A stretch of 64,000 bases of DNA, taken from Deltaproteobacteria bacterium (GTDB taxonomy: Bacteria; Lernaellota; Lernaellaia; JACKCT01). Shown piece by piece: positions 36,063 through 47,252 of this stretch (position 1 is its first letter; each line of letters opens with the position of its first letter). A program made the position numbers and the translations under genes. A model generated the notes under the pieces. It was given only the letters and a program-made list of their open reading frames with translations. It ran no database searches and had not been told where the DNA came from. The stretch spans positions 155,789-219,788 of the forward strand of contig JACKCT010000005.1 of NCBI GenBank assembly GCA_020633895.1, in the 5' to 3' direction.

Positions 36063-36364
36063 CAGAGCCCCGAACGGTAGTGAGGGGTCAAACTCAAACG
36101 CTGTTGAAGATGAAGACGCCCGTTGTGAGCCGCGCACGGTAGTAAGCTGTTTAGTACGAATCAGCACGACACGACGGATTCGTCGGACAACGAATAGTGT
36201 GTTCTGAATCGGACCAGACCCCTCACTACCGTTCGGGGCTCTGAATGATCGGTTGTGACTCTGAAATGGTTGGAGCGAAGCGACGTATTTCCAAGGGTCG
36301 CTTAACCTTCGCGTCAGCGCGCAGGATACCTCGGGTATCCGTCAGTCCGCCGCGACTACGCGGC
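36063..36364. repeat. Cluster of R1 units plus an R3 module
   Basis: R1 units at 36063..36089 and 36125..36151, and an inverted one at 36217..36243. ggttggagcgaagcgac at 36268..36284. gcgtcagcgcgcaggatacctcgggtatccgtcagtccgccgcgactacgcggc at 36311..36364. Confidence 0.85.
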
Positions 36365-36408
36365 ACTACCCCTATGCATCTCGATAACCCTTCGCTATAA
36401 GAGCGCCC

Positions 36409-38406
36409 ATGAGTCTGGTGGTTTTCGATAACGTCGGGTTGCATTTCGGGCCGAAGACGATTTTGGAGGACGCGTCGTTTCGCATCGACGCCGGCGAGCG
36501 CGTCGGTCTGGTCGGGCGTAACGGCACGGGCAAATCGACGCTGCTCAAGATGCTCGCCGGGCGGCAGGAGTGCGACGCGGGGCGTGTCATCCGGTCCAAG
36601 GGCCTGCGCATCGGCTATCTGACGCAGGACATCACCGACCAGGGCGACAACACGCTGCTGCGCACGATCGTCCAATCCGCTCCGGGCAAAGCGCAGATCG
36701 AGGAGCACCTGGCGGCCGTCGAGGCGAATCTGCACACCGCCACCGAGGCCGACGAGCAGATGGAGCTGGCGGCGGAACTGGCGCGGCTGCACGAGGAGCT
36801 CGCGGCTTTCGAACGCCTGTACGCGCCCCACGAGGCCGAGTCGATCCTGATCGGCCTGGGTTTCACCACCGACGATTTTTTGCGCCCCATGACCGAATTC
36901 TCCGGGGGGTGGCGCATGCGGGCGGCATTGGCGTCGCTGCTGTACATCAAGCCCGACCTGCTGCTGCTCGACGAACCGACCAACCACTTGGACGTGCCCT
37001 CCTTGCGTTGGTTCGAGCGGTTTTTGGACACCTTCACGCACGCCTACATCCTCGTCTCCCACGACCGGGAATTTCTCAACAGCAAGATCCGGCGGGTGCT
37101 GTCCTTCGAGCCCGAGGGCCTGCGCAGCTACACCGGCAACTTCGAGGACTACGTCGAGCAGCGGGAGCAGGAGTTGGAGATCCTGGAGGCCCAGGCGAAA
37201 AATCAGGAGCGGTTCATCGCCCAGTCCGAACGCTTCATCAACCGCTTCCGGGCCAAGGCCACCAAGGCGCGTCAGGTGCAAAGCCGCATCAAGCAGCTTG
37301 AGAAAATCGAACGGGTGGAGACGATCAAGGACGCGCCGACGCTGGAATTTGCCTTCGCCCCCGCCGAACGGGCCGGGCGGGAAGTCGTCAAGATTCGCGG
37401 CCTGAAAAAAAACTTCGACGAGGTGAAGGTTTTCGACGGCCTGAGCCTGACCGTCCAACGGGGCGAGCGCATCGCGCTGATCGGCCCCAACGGATGCGGC
37501 AAGACGACGCTGCTGCGCCTGATCGCCGGGGAATACCGTCCCGACGGCGGATCCATCGAGTTGGGCGCGAACGTGAAGATGAGCTACTACGCCCAGCACC
37601 AGACCGAACAACTCAAGATGGACAACACGATTCTGGACGAGGTCTGGTCCGCGGACTTGAGCCAGAGCCAGACGCGCGTGCGCAGCATCTGCGGCATCTT
37701 TTTGTTCACCGGCGACGACGTGTTCAAGAAGTGCTCCGTGCTCTCCGGCGGCGAGCGGGCGCGGGTGGTGCTGGCCAAATTGCTGATGGCGCCCGGCAAC
37801 GTGCTGCTGATGGACGAACCGACCAACCACCTGGACCTCTACGCGGCCGAGGCGCTGGCCGACGCGCTGGAGACCTTCGACGGAACGCTGGTTTTCGTCA
37901 GCCACAACCGGAGCTTCACCAACCGCCTGGCCAACACGATCTGGGATCTGACCGGCGGGGAGTTGGCGATCTATCCCGGCAATCTGGCCGATTACGACTA
38001 CCACCTCTCCCAGCGCGAGTCGGCGACGATCTTCAACGCGAGGCATGACGACGGGGCGACGCTTTCGGACCATCGCCCCACGGCGCCGCCGGCCGAACGG
38101 GTCGATAAGAAAGAGGCGCGCCGCCAAGCCGCCGAAAAACGGGCCAAGGAAAAGGAAGTGCTCGGACCGCTGGAAAAGTCGGTGAAGGATCTGGAAAAGC
38201 GCATCGAGGCGTTGGAGGCGGAGCAGGCCGCGATGGGCGCCCAGTTGGCCGATCCGGATTTTTACAACGACGGCGAGCGGTCTCGTGAGGTCATCAACCG
38301 TTACGGCGTGAACAAGACGAAGCTCGAGGAATTGATGGCTCGCTGGGAGCACAAGACCGAGGAGTTGGAGCGGGAACGGGCGCGGATCGGCGAGGCGGAG
38401 GGGTAA
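36409..38406 (+). CDS. ABC-F family ATPase (two ABC domains, C-terminal coiled coil)
   Basis: Two Walker A motifs ('GRNGTGKST', 'GPNGCGKTT'). Two signature motifs ('FSGGWRMR', 'LSGGERARV'). No TM domain. Confidence 0.9.
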   Translation: MSLVVFDNVGLHFGPKTILEDASFRIDAGERVGLVGRNGTGKSTLLKMLAGRQECDAGRVIRSKGLRIGYLTQDITDQGDNTLLRTIVQSAPGKAQIEEHLAAVEANLHTATEADEQMELAAELARLHEELAAFERLYAPHEAESILIGLGFTTDDFLRPMTEFSGGWRMRAALASLLYIKPDLLLLDEPTNHLDVPSLRWFERFLDTFTHAYILVSHDREFLNSKIRRVLSFEPEGLRSYTGNFEDYVEQREQELEILEAQAKNQERFIAQSERFINRFRAKATKARQVQSRIKQLEKIERVETIKDAPTLEFAFAPAERAGREVVKIRGLKKNFDEVKVFDGLSLTVQRGERIALIGPNGCGKTTLLRLIAGEYRPDGGSIELGANVKMSYYAQHQTEQLKMDNTILDEVWSADLSQSQTRVRSICGIFLFTGDDVFKKCSVLSGGERARVVLAKLLMAPGNVLLMDEPTNHLDLYAAEALADALETFDGTLVFVSHNRSFTNRLANTIWDLTGGELAIYPGNLADYDYHLSQRESATIFNARHDDGATLSDHRPTAPPAERVDKKEARRQAAEKRAKEKEVLGPLEKSVKDLEKRIEALEAEQAAMGAQLADPDFYNDGERSREVINRYGVNKTKLEELMARWEHKTEELERERARIGEAEG

Positions 38407-38424
38407 CGCATCGCCCAAGGCGAA

Positions 38425-38625
38425 GGTGCCGCGCTCTTAGGCCGACGCAGTCGGACATGAGTGTGCGTCGTTTGGAAAGTCCATACCTTCTCTCGGGCTT
38501 CGCCCTCGCGAAGGTGTGGCACCCACTTCTGACGTGGTTCGGTGGCGGTTGGAGCGAAGCGACTTCCCCCCAAGGTATTTTCGACGACGCGCCGGCGTCC
38601 CTAGCCCGTGGCTGGCTACGCCGCC
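38425..38625. repeat. R2 element copy followed by an R3 module
   Basis: ggtgccgcgctcttaggccgacgcagtcgg ... gtgtggcaccc at 38425..38524. ggttggagcgaagcgac at 38547..38563. Confidence 0.75.
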
Positions 38626-38736
38626 ACCCGCCTTGATAAGGCCCGCCCTTGCCGCTATGATTTCCGGCGCTTTCGTTCGATATTTCCGGACCATATGTGC
38701 CGTTTGACGATGAATCGCTCTTGAGGAGCCGGGTGC

Positions 38737-41235
38737 ATGCCTTTTCCGAAGAATTACGACCATAAAGACGTGGAGCCGCGGCTGCAAAAGCGGTGGCACG
38801 AGGAGGGGATCTACAAATTCGACCCCGCCGATCCCCGTCCGATTTTTTCCGTGGACACGCCGCCGCCGTACGTCTCGGCCGCCCATCTGCATGTGGGGCA
38901 TGCGATGAGCTATTCCCAGGCCGAATTTATCGTGCGTTACAAGCGCATGCGCGGCTTCAACGTCTTTTATCCCATGGGCTTTGACGACAACGGTCTGCCC
39001 ACCGAGCGCTACGTCGAGAAGAAATACAAGATCGACAAATCGAAGATCTCCCGCGAGGAGTTCATCGAGTTGTGCCTGAAGGAGACGCGGGATGGCGCGA
39101 AGGTCTACCGGGATCTGTGGGAGGCCATGGCGATTTCGGTGGACTGGGATCTGACCTATTCGACGATCAGCCCCCGCGCGGTGAAGACGGCGCAGATGAG
39201 CTTTTTGGACCTCTACAAGAAGGGCCTGATCGAGCGGCGGGAAGACCCGGTGGCGTGGAGTTTCGCGCTCCAGTCGTCGGTGGCCCAGGCGGAGATCGAC
39301 ACCGTCGAACGCACCACCCTGCTCAACGACATCGCCTTCAAAGGCCCCGGCGGCGAAAACCTGATCATCTCCACGACGCGTCCCGAGCTGATCCCGGCGT
39401 GCGTGGCGCTCTATTGCAACCCGGAGGACGAGCGCTATTTGTCGCTGGTGGGCAAAAAGGCGCACGTGCCGCTGTTCGACTACGAGGTCGAGATCCGCAC
39501 GCACGAGGACGTGGCCAAGGAGTTCGGCACCGGCTTGATGATGGTCTGCACCTGGGGTGACGCCGAGGACGTGAAGAAATGGAAAGAGGACGGCCTGGAA
39601 ACCCGGTTCATCTTCACTGAATACGGCAAACTCAACGACATGGCCGGGCCCTACGCGGGGATGAAGCCCGAGGACGCGCGCAAGGCGATTCTCAATGACT
39701 TGAACGAGGCCGGCCTGTTGCTCAAGCAAAAAGAGCAGACGCAGTTCGTCGGCATCCATGACCGCTCGGGCGTTCCCGTCGAGTTCAACCACTCGCCCCA
39801 GTGGTTCATCAAGGTCATGCCCTTCGTGAACGACTACCTCAAGCGTTCGGAAGAACTCAACTGGTTCCCCGAACACTTCAAGACGCGGCTCGACCACTGG
39901 ATCGAAGGCCTCAAGTGGGACTGGTGCATCAGCCGCCAGCGGTTCTACGGCGTGCCCTTCCCGGTGTGGTACGACGAGGAGACCGGCGAGCCGATCGTCG
40001 CCGACGAGTCCATGCTGCCCATCGATCCGACGATGACCCAGCCGCCGGAATCGTTGACCAAGGGCCGCAAGGTCCGGCCCGAGCCGGACGTGATGGACAC
40101 GTGGATGACCTCCAGCCTTTCGCCGCTTATCAATGCGAACTGGGCGTTCGAGAACGACGCGGAACATCCGAACCTGGTCGGCAAGATTTATCCCATGTCC
40201 ATCCGCGTCCAGGCGTTCGAGATCATCCGCACCTGGCTGTTCTACACCCTGGTCAAAAGCCACCACCACACCGACAGCCTGCCTTGGTCGGATGTGATGA
40301 TTTCGGGGTGGGGTTTGGACGCCAAGGGCAAGAAGATGAGCAAGTCGGCGGGCAATTTCGTCGATCCGGGCCCGGTGATCGAGAAATACGGCGCGGACGC
40401 GGTGCGCTATTGGGCCGCCGGCGCCACGCTGGGCCACGACCTGCGTTACAACGAGCGGGACGTGGCCAACGGCAAGAAGCTGATGACCAAGCTGTGGAAC
40501 GCCAGCAAGTTCGTCGGGATGCAGCTAAAAATTGAAACGGAGGGGGACGAGTCCTGGCGCGAGCTGATGCCGGGCACGCCGACGATGATCGACCGCTGGG
40601 TCGTCTCCCGCCTGCAGCAGGTCATCGACGAGACGACGAAATATTTCGACAAATATGAATACAGCCACGCCCTGGCGGCGGTGGAGCGCTTTTTCTTCTC
40701 GGAGTTTTGCGACAACTACATCGAGATCGTCAAAGAGCGCTTCTGGAATCCGGATCAGTTCGACGAGGGCGTGGTCGAGGCGGCGCGGCACACGCTGGCG
40801 ACGGTGAACCTGACGGTCCTCAAGCTCATGGCGCCGGTGATCCCGTACATCACCGACGAGATCTACCGCATGATCTACCAGGGTTACGACCGGCAGGTGT
40901 CGGTGCATGTCGCCCCGTGGCCCGAATCGGACGCCGCGAAAATCGACGCCGACGCGGTGGAGGCGGGACGGTTGTTGATCGCCGTGCTGACCGGCGCGCG
41001 CCGTTGGAAGACGACGCAGCAGGTCAACCCGAATTTTCCCCTGGCGAAATTGACGGTCAGTGCTCCCGAGGCGATGGCCGCGAAGCTTTCGCCTCTGGCC
41101 GAGGACCTGAAGGCCGCCGCCCACGCCGACGAGCTGGACTTCGCCCCCGGAGGCGAGATCGAAACCGAGATCGAAGAGATCAAACTGGCGTGCGTGCTGG
41201 GCGAAAAGAAACCCCGGTCGGACGGGCAGGGTTAG
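38737..41235 (+). CDS. valS: Valine--tRNA ligase (archaeal-like class Ia form)
   Basis: 'NYDHKDVEPRLQKRWHEEGIY', HIGH motif 'HVGH', 'PMGFDDNGLPTE', 'WCISRQRFYGVPFPVWY' and KMSKS motif 'KMSKSAGN'. Val versus Ile specificity was judged by eye only. Confidence 0.75.
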   Translation: MPFPKNYDHKDVEPRLQKRWHEEGIYKFDPADPRPIFSVDTPPPYVSAAHLHVGHAMSYSQAEFIVRYKRMRGFNVFYPMGFDDNGLPTERYVEKKYKIDKSKISREEFIELCLKETRDGAKVYRDLWEAMAISVDWDLTYSTISPRAVKTAQMSFLDLYKKGLIERREDPVAWSFALQSSVAQAEIDTVERTTLLNDIAFKGPGGENLIISTTRPELIPACVALYCNPEDERYLSLVGKKAHVPLFDYEVEIRTHEDVAKEFGTGLMMVCTWGDAEDVKKWKEDGLETRFIFTEYGKLNDMAGPYAGMKPEDARKAILNDLNEAGLLLKQKEQTQFVGIHDRSGVPVEFNHSPQWFIKVMPFVNDYLKRSEELNWFPEHFKTRLDHWIEGLKWDWCISRQRFYGVPFPVWYDEETGEPIVADESMLPIDPTMTQPPESLTKGRKVRPEPDVMDTWMTSSLSPLINANWAFENDAEHPNLVGKIYPMSIRVQAFEIIRTWLFYTLVKSHHHTDSLPWSDVMISGWGLDAKGKKMSKSAGNFVDPGPVIEKYGADAVRYWAAGATLGHDLRYNERDVANGKKLMTKLWNASKFVGMQLKIETEGDESWRELMPGTPTMIDRWVVSRLQQVIDETTKYFDKYEYSHALAAVERFFFSEFCDNYIEIVKERFWNPDQFDEGVVEAARHTLATVNLTVLKLMAPVIPYITDEIYRMIYQGYDRQVSVHVAPWPESDAAKIDADAVEAGRLLIAVLTGARRWKTTQQVNPNFPLAKLTVSAPEAMAAKLSPLAEDLKAAAHADELDFAPGGEIETEIEEIKLACVLGEKKPRSDGQG

Positions 41236-41241
41236 GCGACG

Positions 41242-42381
41242 ATGGGCGACGCACGGTCGGGCATTCTGCCGTCCCAATGGATCAGGCAGGCGATCGACGA
41301 CGGTGTCATCGAATCGGCGACGCCGATTGCCGACGACCAGATCCAGCCCAACAGCCTCGACCTGCGCATCGGCGAGCGCGGCCATCGGGTGCGTTGCTCG
41401 TTTTTGCCCGGCCGGGAAGGCGTCGCTAAAAAGCTGGATCGTTACCGGTGGTACGACCTGAATCTCTCCAAGCACGACGACGACGGCAGCTTCCTCGAAC
41501 GCAATCAGGTCTACCTCTTTCCCCTCGACGAATCGCTCAAGCTGCCCAAGGGCATCAGCGGGCGAGCCAACCCGAAAAGTTCAACCGGGCGTCTGGACGT
41601 GTTCACGCGCTTGGTGGTGGAAGACGGAACGGCCTTCGACGAGGTGCCGGACGGCTACCACGGCAAATTGTACCTGGAAGTGGTGCCGCGCTCGTTCGCG
41701 ATTCGGGTACGTCCGGGGGATTCGTTCGCGCAGATCCGCTTCCAACGGGGCAATGCCCAACTGGCCGACGCCGAGGTGGCCGAACTGCTGAAGACCGAGC
41801 CGATGGTGCTCAGTCGGGGTCGCGAGGCAATCCCGGTCGATACGCTGACGATCAGCTCGGGCGTGTGGCTGTCGGTGCAGTTGACCAAGTCGGCCGAGGC
41901 CGAGGACGACATCATCGGTTTTCAGGCGCGCAAAAATACCCAGCCGATCGACCTGCGCGACCGGGGCTTGGACCCGAACGAATATTGGGACGTCATCCGA
42001 TCAGGCACCGGGCCGGTGATCCTGGAACCCGACGAGTTCTATATCTTCGCATCCCAAGAGTTGGTGCGCCTGCCGCCCGAGTATTGCGCGGAGATGGTGC
42101 CGTTCGACGCCGGCAGCGGCGAGCTACGAACGCACTACGCGGGTTTCTTCGACTCGGGTTTCGGCTTCAACCGGGACGGTCAAAGCGAGGGCGCGGCGGT
42201 GGTTCTGGAAATCCGCAATCGCGACGTGCCGTTCCTGGTCGACAACTCCAACGTCCTGTTCCGCCTGCTCGTCCTGCGCAACACCGAGCCGCCGGAAATC
42301 CTCTACGGCGCCGACCGGCCGTCGAACTACCAGGGTCAGAAGCTCAAGCTGGCCAAGCAATTCGGGGCGCCGAGGGGATAG
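41242..42381 (+). CDS. 2'-deoxycytidine 5'-triphosphate deaminase-like protein (long DCD form)
   Basis: 'IQPNSLDLRIGE', as in dCTP deaminase/dUTPase-fold enzymes. The ~379 aa length fits the duplicated long form. Confidence 0.6.
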   Translation: MGDARSGILPSQWIRQAIDDGVIESATPIADDQIQPNSLDLRIGERGHRVRCSFLPGREGVAKKLDRYRWYDLNLSKHDDDGSFLERNQVYLFPLDESLKLPKGISGRANPKSSTGRLDVFTRLVVEDGTAFDEVPDGYHGKLYLEVVPRSFAIRVRPGDSFAQIRFQRGNAQLADAEVAELLKTEPMVLSRGREAIPVDTLTISSGVWLSVQLTKSAEAEDDIIGFQARKNTQPIDLRDRGLDPNEYWDVIRSGTGPVILEPDEFYIFASQELVRLPPEYCAEMVPFDAGSGELRTHYAGFFDSGFGFNRDGQSEGAAVVLEIRNRDVPFLVDNSNVLFRLLVLRNTEPPEILYGADRPSNYQGQKLKLAKQFGAPRG

Positions 42382-42418
42382 CGGGCGCCGTTCTTTCCGG
42401 AGCCGCGATTGGGTCCGA

Positions 42419-42784
42419 CAGAGCCGCGCGCGGTAGCAAGCGAGTTCGTCCAACCTCATGAGAATCGTTGTCATCCCGAGTGTAACGAGGGACCGCTCGT
42501 GCGTTGTATGTAAAATATTTCGACGAATCAGAGCCCCAAGCGTTAGCGCGGGGTTGTCGAGCGGCACGTCCCCGCGTTTCTCTTACAACGTCCATTCTTG
42601 ACGCTCGATCCGCTCGACGACCCCTCCCTGACGGTCGGGGCTCTGTTTGGGCATGGCCTCTACCGACATCGCACGCGAGGTCCCTCATTGCATTCGGGAT
42701 GACAAGCATTTTACCAAGGCCGTCTCGAAAACGCGTCAGCGTCGGAGACGCGAAGCATCTCCCAGTCCATACCGACTACGGCAT
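42419..42784. repeat. Dense cluster of R1, R4 and R3 repeat units
   Basis: R1 at 42419..42446. R4 at 42470..42499. R1 variant at 42529..42555 with an inverted R1 at 42619..42645. Inverted R4 at 42677..42703. R3 module at 42739..42784. Confidence 0.85.
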
Positions 42785-42872
42785 AAAAAAAGCGGGGCTG
42801 CTGGAGGCCCCGCGTTGATCGAGATCTCGCGCGCTGTTCGTAGGACTTCGCGCGATTCGGTTTTTCGGTCTT

Positions 42873-45800
42873 TTAAGAACAGCCCGTCGTCGTGCCGCAG
42901 GACACGCATTTCAGGCACGTGCCGTTGCGGACCATGGTGAACTGACCGCATTCGGTGCAAGCGTCGCCGGTGAAGCCTTTTTCCCGCGACTGGCGGATCT
43001 TGCGCATGGTGGACGACTCGTTGCGCACCGGTACGGTCGTCTTCTTGGCGTGCTCGACGCTGTGGTCCAGCGTGTGCTCGACGACGACCTGGTTCTTGGC
43101 CAGGGCGATGTTGCCGTGCGTGGGCGCGTCGTGGGAAGGCACCGCCTTGAGGGCCGCCCGTCCGCCGGCCTGGTTGACCGGTCCCGTGGGAGCCGATCCG
43201 TTGGCGCCGGACACCACGTTGGTCGAGGTCGCCTTGGTGGACCCGCCGCCGTTTTTGTTGGTGGGGCTGGGCAGCGGCACGTTGCGGATGATGACCTCTT
43301 CCTCGTCCGAGTCGTGGCTCTGGTCGTCCCAGGCTTCGCCCGTGGTGAGGGGATCGCGCTGCAGGGCGTCGGCGGTCACGTCCAGTTCGTCGGCCGAGTC
43401 CACATGGGCCAGATCCTCCCGGCTCAGGTAGCTGATGGCCAGCTCGCGGAAGACGTAGTCGATGATGGAGGTGGCCATCTTGACGCGGCCGTGGCCGTCG
43501 ACCATGCCGTTGGGCTCGAAGCGCGTGAAGATGAACGCGTCGACGAATTCCTCCAAAGGCACGCCGTGCTGCAGGCCCAGGCTCACCGCGATGGCGAAGC
43601 TGTTCATCAAGGACCGGAACGCGGCGCCCTCTTTCGCCATGTCCAGGAAGATCTCGCCGAGCCCGCCGTCTTCGTATTCACCGGTACGCAGATAGATCTT
43701 GTGTCCGCCGATGGTGGCCTTTTGGGTGTAGCCCCGGCGGCGGCCCGGCAGGCGGCGGCGCTTATTGACGTAACGCACCACGATGCGTTCGGTGATGTGC
43801 TCGGCGACCTTCTCGATCTGCTCGACCACCGACTCGCTGTCCTCCATGGCCGCGGCCAGGGGCTGGGAGAGCTTGGAGCCGTCGCGATACAGGGCCACGC
43901 CCTTGAGCATGAGCTGCCAACCCTTCAGGTAGGAGTCCTGCACGTCGGCGATGGTGGAGTCGGTGGGCATATTGACCGTCTTGCTGATGGCGCCGGAGAT
44001 GAACGGCTGGGCCGCGGCCATCATCTTGATGTGGCCGTCGATGGCGATGAAGCGCTTGCCCTTGCGTCCGCAGCGGTTGGCGCAGTCGAAGACCGGCAGG
44101 TGCTTGTCCTGCAGATAGGGCGCGCCTTCCAGCGTCATCGTGCCGCAGACGTAGTCCTCGGCGGCCTGGATGTGGTCGTCGGAAAAGCCCAGGGCGCGCA
44201 GCAGGCGGAAGCCCGGCAGGTCCACCGACTCGGCGCTGATGCCCAGGGTCTGGGTGAGGAATTCCTTGCCCAAGGTATAGGTGGAGAAGGCCTGTTCCAG
44301 CGAGAACGCGGTGGACAGGGATTTTTCGATCTTGTCCAGGACCTCCTGCGTGAAGCCCTTGGCCGACAGGGAGTCGTGGTTGATGTGGGGCGCGCCGGCC
44401 AGGGTTTGGCGGCCGGTGGCGTAAGCGATGATCGCGCTGATCTCCGACTCGCCGTAGCCCAGCTTGCGCAATGCCGGGGGGATGCCCTGGTTGATGATCT
44501 TGAAGTAGCCGCCGCCGGCCAGTTTCTTGAACTTGACCAGGGAGTAGTCCGGCTCGATGCCCGTGGTGTCGCAGTCCATGACCAGGCCGATGGTGCCGGT
44601 GGGGGCGATGACGGTGGTCTGGGCGTTGCGATAGCCGTTCTTTTCGCCCAGGCGCAGCGCCCGGTCCCAGGCCTCCCGGGCCGCCGCCAGCAGATCTTCC
44701 GGGCAGTCGTGAGGATCGACACCCTGGGGCGCGATGGTCAGGTCCTCAAAGGCGTCCGGCGCCTCGTTGTACACGGCGCGGCGGTGGTTGCGGATGACGC
44801 GCAGCATGGATTCGGCGTTTTCGCTGTAGCGCTCGAAGGCGCCCAGTTCCCCGGCCATTTCGGCGCTGGTGGCGTAGGACTCCGCGGTCATCAGCGCGGT
44901 GATGGCGCCGCAGATCGCCCGTCCGGCGTCCGAGTCGTAGGCCAGGCCCATGCGCATGAGCATATTGCCGATGTTGGCGTAGCCCAGACCCAGGGTGCGG
45001 TACTCGTAGCTTTTGAGGGCGATTTCCTCACTGGGGAAGGAGGCCATCAACACGCTGATTTCCAGGGCGATCGTCCACAGGCGGCAGGCGTGCTTGAAGC
45101 CGTCGATGTCGAAGGTGCCGTCCTCATTGAGGAAATGCACCAGGTTGATCGACGCCAGGTTGCAGGCGGTGTCGTCCAGGAACATGTACTCGGAGCAGGG
45201 GTTGGACGCGTTGATGCGTCCGCCGGCCGGGCAGGTGTGCCATTCGTTGATGGTGGTGTCGTACTGCACGCCCGGATCGGCGCTGGCCCAGGCGTTGTAG
45301 CCGATTTTGTCCCACAACTCGCGGGCCGAGACTTCCTTGGCGACCTTGCCGTCCCGGCGATAGTAGAGCTTCCAGGGCTCGTCGTTTTGCACGGCGCGGA
45401 AGAACTCGTTGGGGATGCGCACCGAGTTGTTGGCGTTCTGGCCGGAGACGGTGCCGTAGGCCTCGGACTGCCAGTCCACGTCGTACTCGTTGATCTCGAT
45501 GTCCACCACGCCCTGCTTGGCGTAGCCCACGATGCGTTGGATGAATGTTTCGGGGATGCGCGCGTTCCTCGCGTCGGACAGGGCGATGCGCAGTTTTTCG
45601 TTCTTTTTGGGATCGAACTCGGGTTCGCCGCTCGCCGTGTCCCGGGCGGCGCGAAGGATGTCGCGGAAGCGCTCCTTCATGATCTTCGAACCCGTGACCA
45701 GGGCGGCGACCTTCTCCTCTTCCTTGGTCTTCCAGTCGATGAACTCCTCGATGTCCGGGTGGTCCATGTCCAGGCACACCATCTTGGCCGCCCGGCGGGT

Positions 45801-46571
45801 GGTGCCCCCCGACTTGATCGCGCCGGCCGCCCGGTCGCCGATCTTCAAAAACGACATCAGGCCCGAGCTTTTGCCGCCGCCGGACAGGCGCTCGCCCTCG
45901 CCCCGCAGGTTCGAGAAGTTGGAGCCGGTGCCCGAGCCGAACTTGAACAGCCGGGCCTCCCGCGTCCACAGATCCATGATGCCGCCCTTGTTGACCAGAT
46001 CGTCGCTGACCGACTGGATGAAGCAGGCATGGGGCTGGGGGCGCTGGTAGGTGTTCTTGCAGCGCTCGAGCTTCTTGGTCTTGGGGTTGAAGAAATAGTG
46101 CCCCTGGGGACGGCCGGCGATGCCGTAAGCCCAGTACAGACCCGTGTTGAACCACTGGGGCGAGTTGGGTGCCGCGATCTGGCGGCACAACATATAGGCC
46201 ATTTCTTCCTGGAAGGCCCGGCCGTCCTCGGCCGTGTCGAAATAGCCGTTCTTCTTGCCCCAGTCGGCCCACGTGCCGGACAGGCGATCGAAGACCTGGC
46301 GGGCGTCGTTCTCGCCGCCTTTCTTGATCCGACCGCTTTCGTCCTTGACCGATTGGCTGCTCTCGTCGAGGACCGGCACGTCGGTGCGTCGGAAGTACTT
46401 CTGAGCCAGGATGTCGGTGGCGACCTGAGACCAGCCCTCCGGAACCGTCACGTCGTCATTGCGATGCACCACCGACCCATCCGGGTTGGTGATCACGCTG
46501 GAGCGCTTGACGAACTTGAAGGAGGAGTAAGGGCTTTGGCCTTTCTTGGTAAATCGCCGAGGAATTTTCAC
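42873..46571 (-). CDS. nrdJ: Adenosylcobalamin-dependent ribonucleotide reductase (class II) with C-terminal zinc ribbon
   Basis: '[20 protein letters not shown]', active-site loop '[21 protein letters not shown]' and '[10 protein letters not shown]'. The C-terminus is '[22 protein letters not shown]'. Confidence 0.93.
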   Translation of the reverse strand: MKIPRRFTKKGQSPYSSFKFVKRSSVITNPDGSVVHRNDDVTVPEGWSQVATDILAQKYFRRTDVPVLDESSQSVKDESGRIKKGGENDARQVFDRLSGTWADWGKKNGYFDTAEDGRAFQEEMAYMLCRQIAAPNSPQWFNTGLYWAYGIAGRPQGHYFFNPKTKKLERCKNTYQRPQPHACFIQSVSDDLVNKGGIMDLWTREARLFKFGSGTGSNFSNLRGEGERLSGGGKSSGLMSFLKIGDRAAGAIKSGGTTRRAAKMVCLDMDHPDIEEFIDWKTKEEEKVAALVTGSKIMKERFRDILRAARDTASGEPEFDPKKNEKLRIALSDARNARIPETFIQRIVGYAKQGVVDIEINEYDVDWQSEAYGTVSGQNANNSVRIPNEFFRAVQNDEPWKLYYRRDGKVAKEVSARELWDKIGYNAWASADPGVQYDTTINEWHTCPAGGRINASNPCSEYMFLDDTACNLASINLVHFLNEDGTFDIDGFKHACRLWTIALEISVLMASFPSEEIALKSYEYRTLGLGYANIGNMLMRMGLAYDSDAGRAICGAITALMTAESYATSAEMAGELGAFERYSENAESMLRVIRNHRRAVYNEAPDAFEDLTIAPQGVDPHDCPEDLLAAAREAWDRALRLGEKNGYRNAQTTVIAPTGTIGLVMDCDTTGIEPDYSLVKFKKLAGGGYFKIINQGIPPALRKLGYGESEISAIIAYATGRQTLAGAPHINHDSLSAKGFTQEVLDKIEKSLSTAFSLEQAFSTYTLGKEFLTQTLGISAESVDLPGFRLLRALGFSDDHIQAAEDYVCGTMTLEGAPYLQDKHLPVFDCANRCGRKGKRFIAIDGHIKMMAAAQPFISGAISKTVNMPTDSTIADVQDSYLKGWQLMLKGVALYRDGSKLSQPLAAAMEDSESVVEQIEKVAEHITERIVVRYVNKRRRLPGRRRGYTQKATIGGHKIYLRTGEYEDGGLGEIFLDMAKEGAAFRSLMNSFAIAVSLGLQHGVPLEEFVDAFIFTRFEPNGMVDGHGRVKMATSIIDYVFRELAISYLSREDLAHVDSADELDVTADALQRDPLTTGEAWDDQSHDSDEEEVIIRNVPLPSPTNKNGGGSTKATSTNVVSGANGSAPTGPVNQAGGRAALKAVPSHDAPTHGNIALAKNQVVVEHTLDHSVEHAKKTTVPVRNESSTMRKIRQSREKGFTGDACTECGQFTMVRNGTCLKCVSCGTTTGCS

Positions 46572-47252
46572 GGTTGCGACTCCGATGATGCGTTTGAGGG
46601 TTTCTCTCCAAAATGCGGGGGCCAGTCATTGTTTTGGAGCGACAGCAATCGCTCGGCCCCGATGCCTACCGTCCATTGATGTCTGAAAACCAGGACCCAC
46701 AAGATATAGACATTTTGCGACGGATGGCAAGCAAAATATTTCCGGCCGCCGAGAAAAGGGGGCGGGCATGCATTTCACCGCGGGACGGCGATCCCACAAC
46801 TCAATTGTATCAGGCGGATGGCAGCGTACGAGCAGAATTTTTCGGGCGAAAGGGTGGGGATGGGCGGTGGATGAAACTGTGGACGGTCGAAAATCGGCCG
46901 GAGCATGGCTTAAAAGCCTTATAATTTTAGATGCTTATCTTGTTGGCTTTGGCCGTAAGTCGTCGAGGCTGGGCGAACTTGTCCACATCGGCGGCCGAAA
47001 TATTTTTTTCGCGGCGCGATTTTTCCTCATGGCGGTGGCGTGACGCCGGCCCGCGATCCGGCGGCTGTCGGCGGGCTGAACGGCGGTCTGTCCGGGCAAA
47101 TCGGGGCCCCCAAGATGTTGCGTCCCGGCAAGGGCCCGTCCCCCAGGGGGTTGGGCCGAAAAGTTGTAGAAAACGGCCCGTGGAGGCGAAAAGTTATCCA
47201 CAAGTAACTTTGGCGCTCGCGGACGGCGAAAGACCGTCGTTCGGGGACGAAA

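Noticed and set aside
32529-46679. Long antisense ORFs 32529..34544 (-), 36226..38418 (-), 38437..40437 (-) and 43050..46679 (+)
   Set aside because: Each lies opposite a gene with strong catalytic motifs (radical SAM, ABC-F, ValRS, NrdJ). These are typical high-GC shadow ORFs.
46572-47252. Chromosomal replication origin (oriC) or a cobalamin riboswitch upstream of nrdJ
   Set aside because: Only one perfect and two imperfect DnaA boxes are present. There is no dnaA, dnaN or parAB nearby and no obvious AT-rich 13-mer array, so an oriC call is not supportable. No B12-box-like conserved core was seen on the nrdJ strand.
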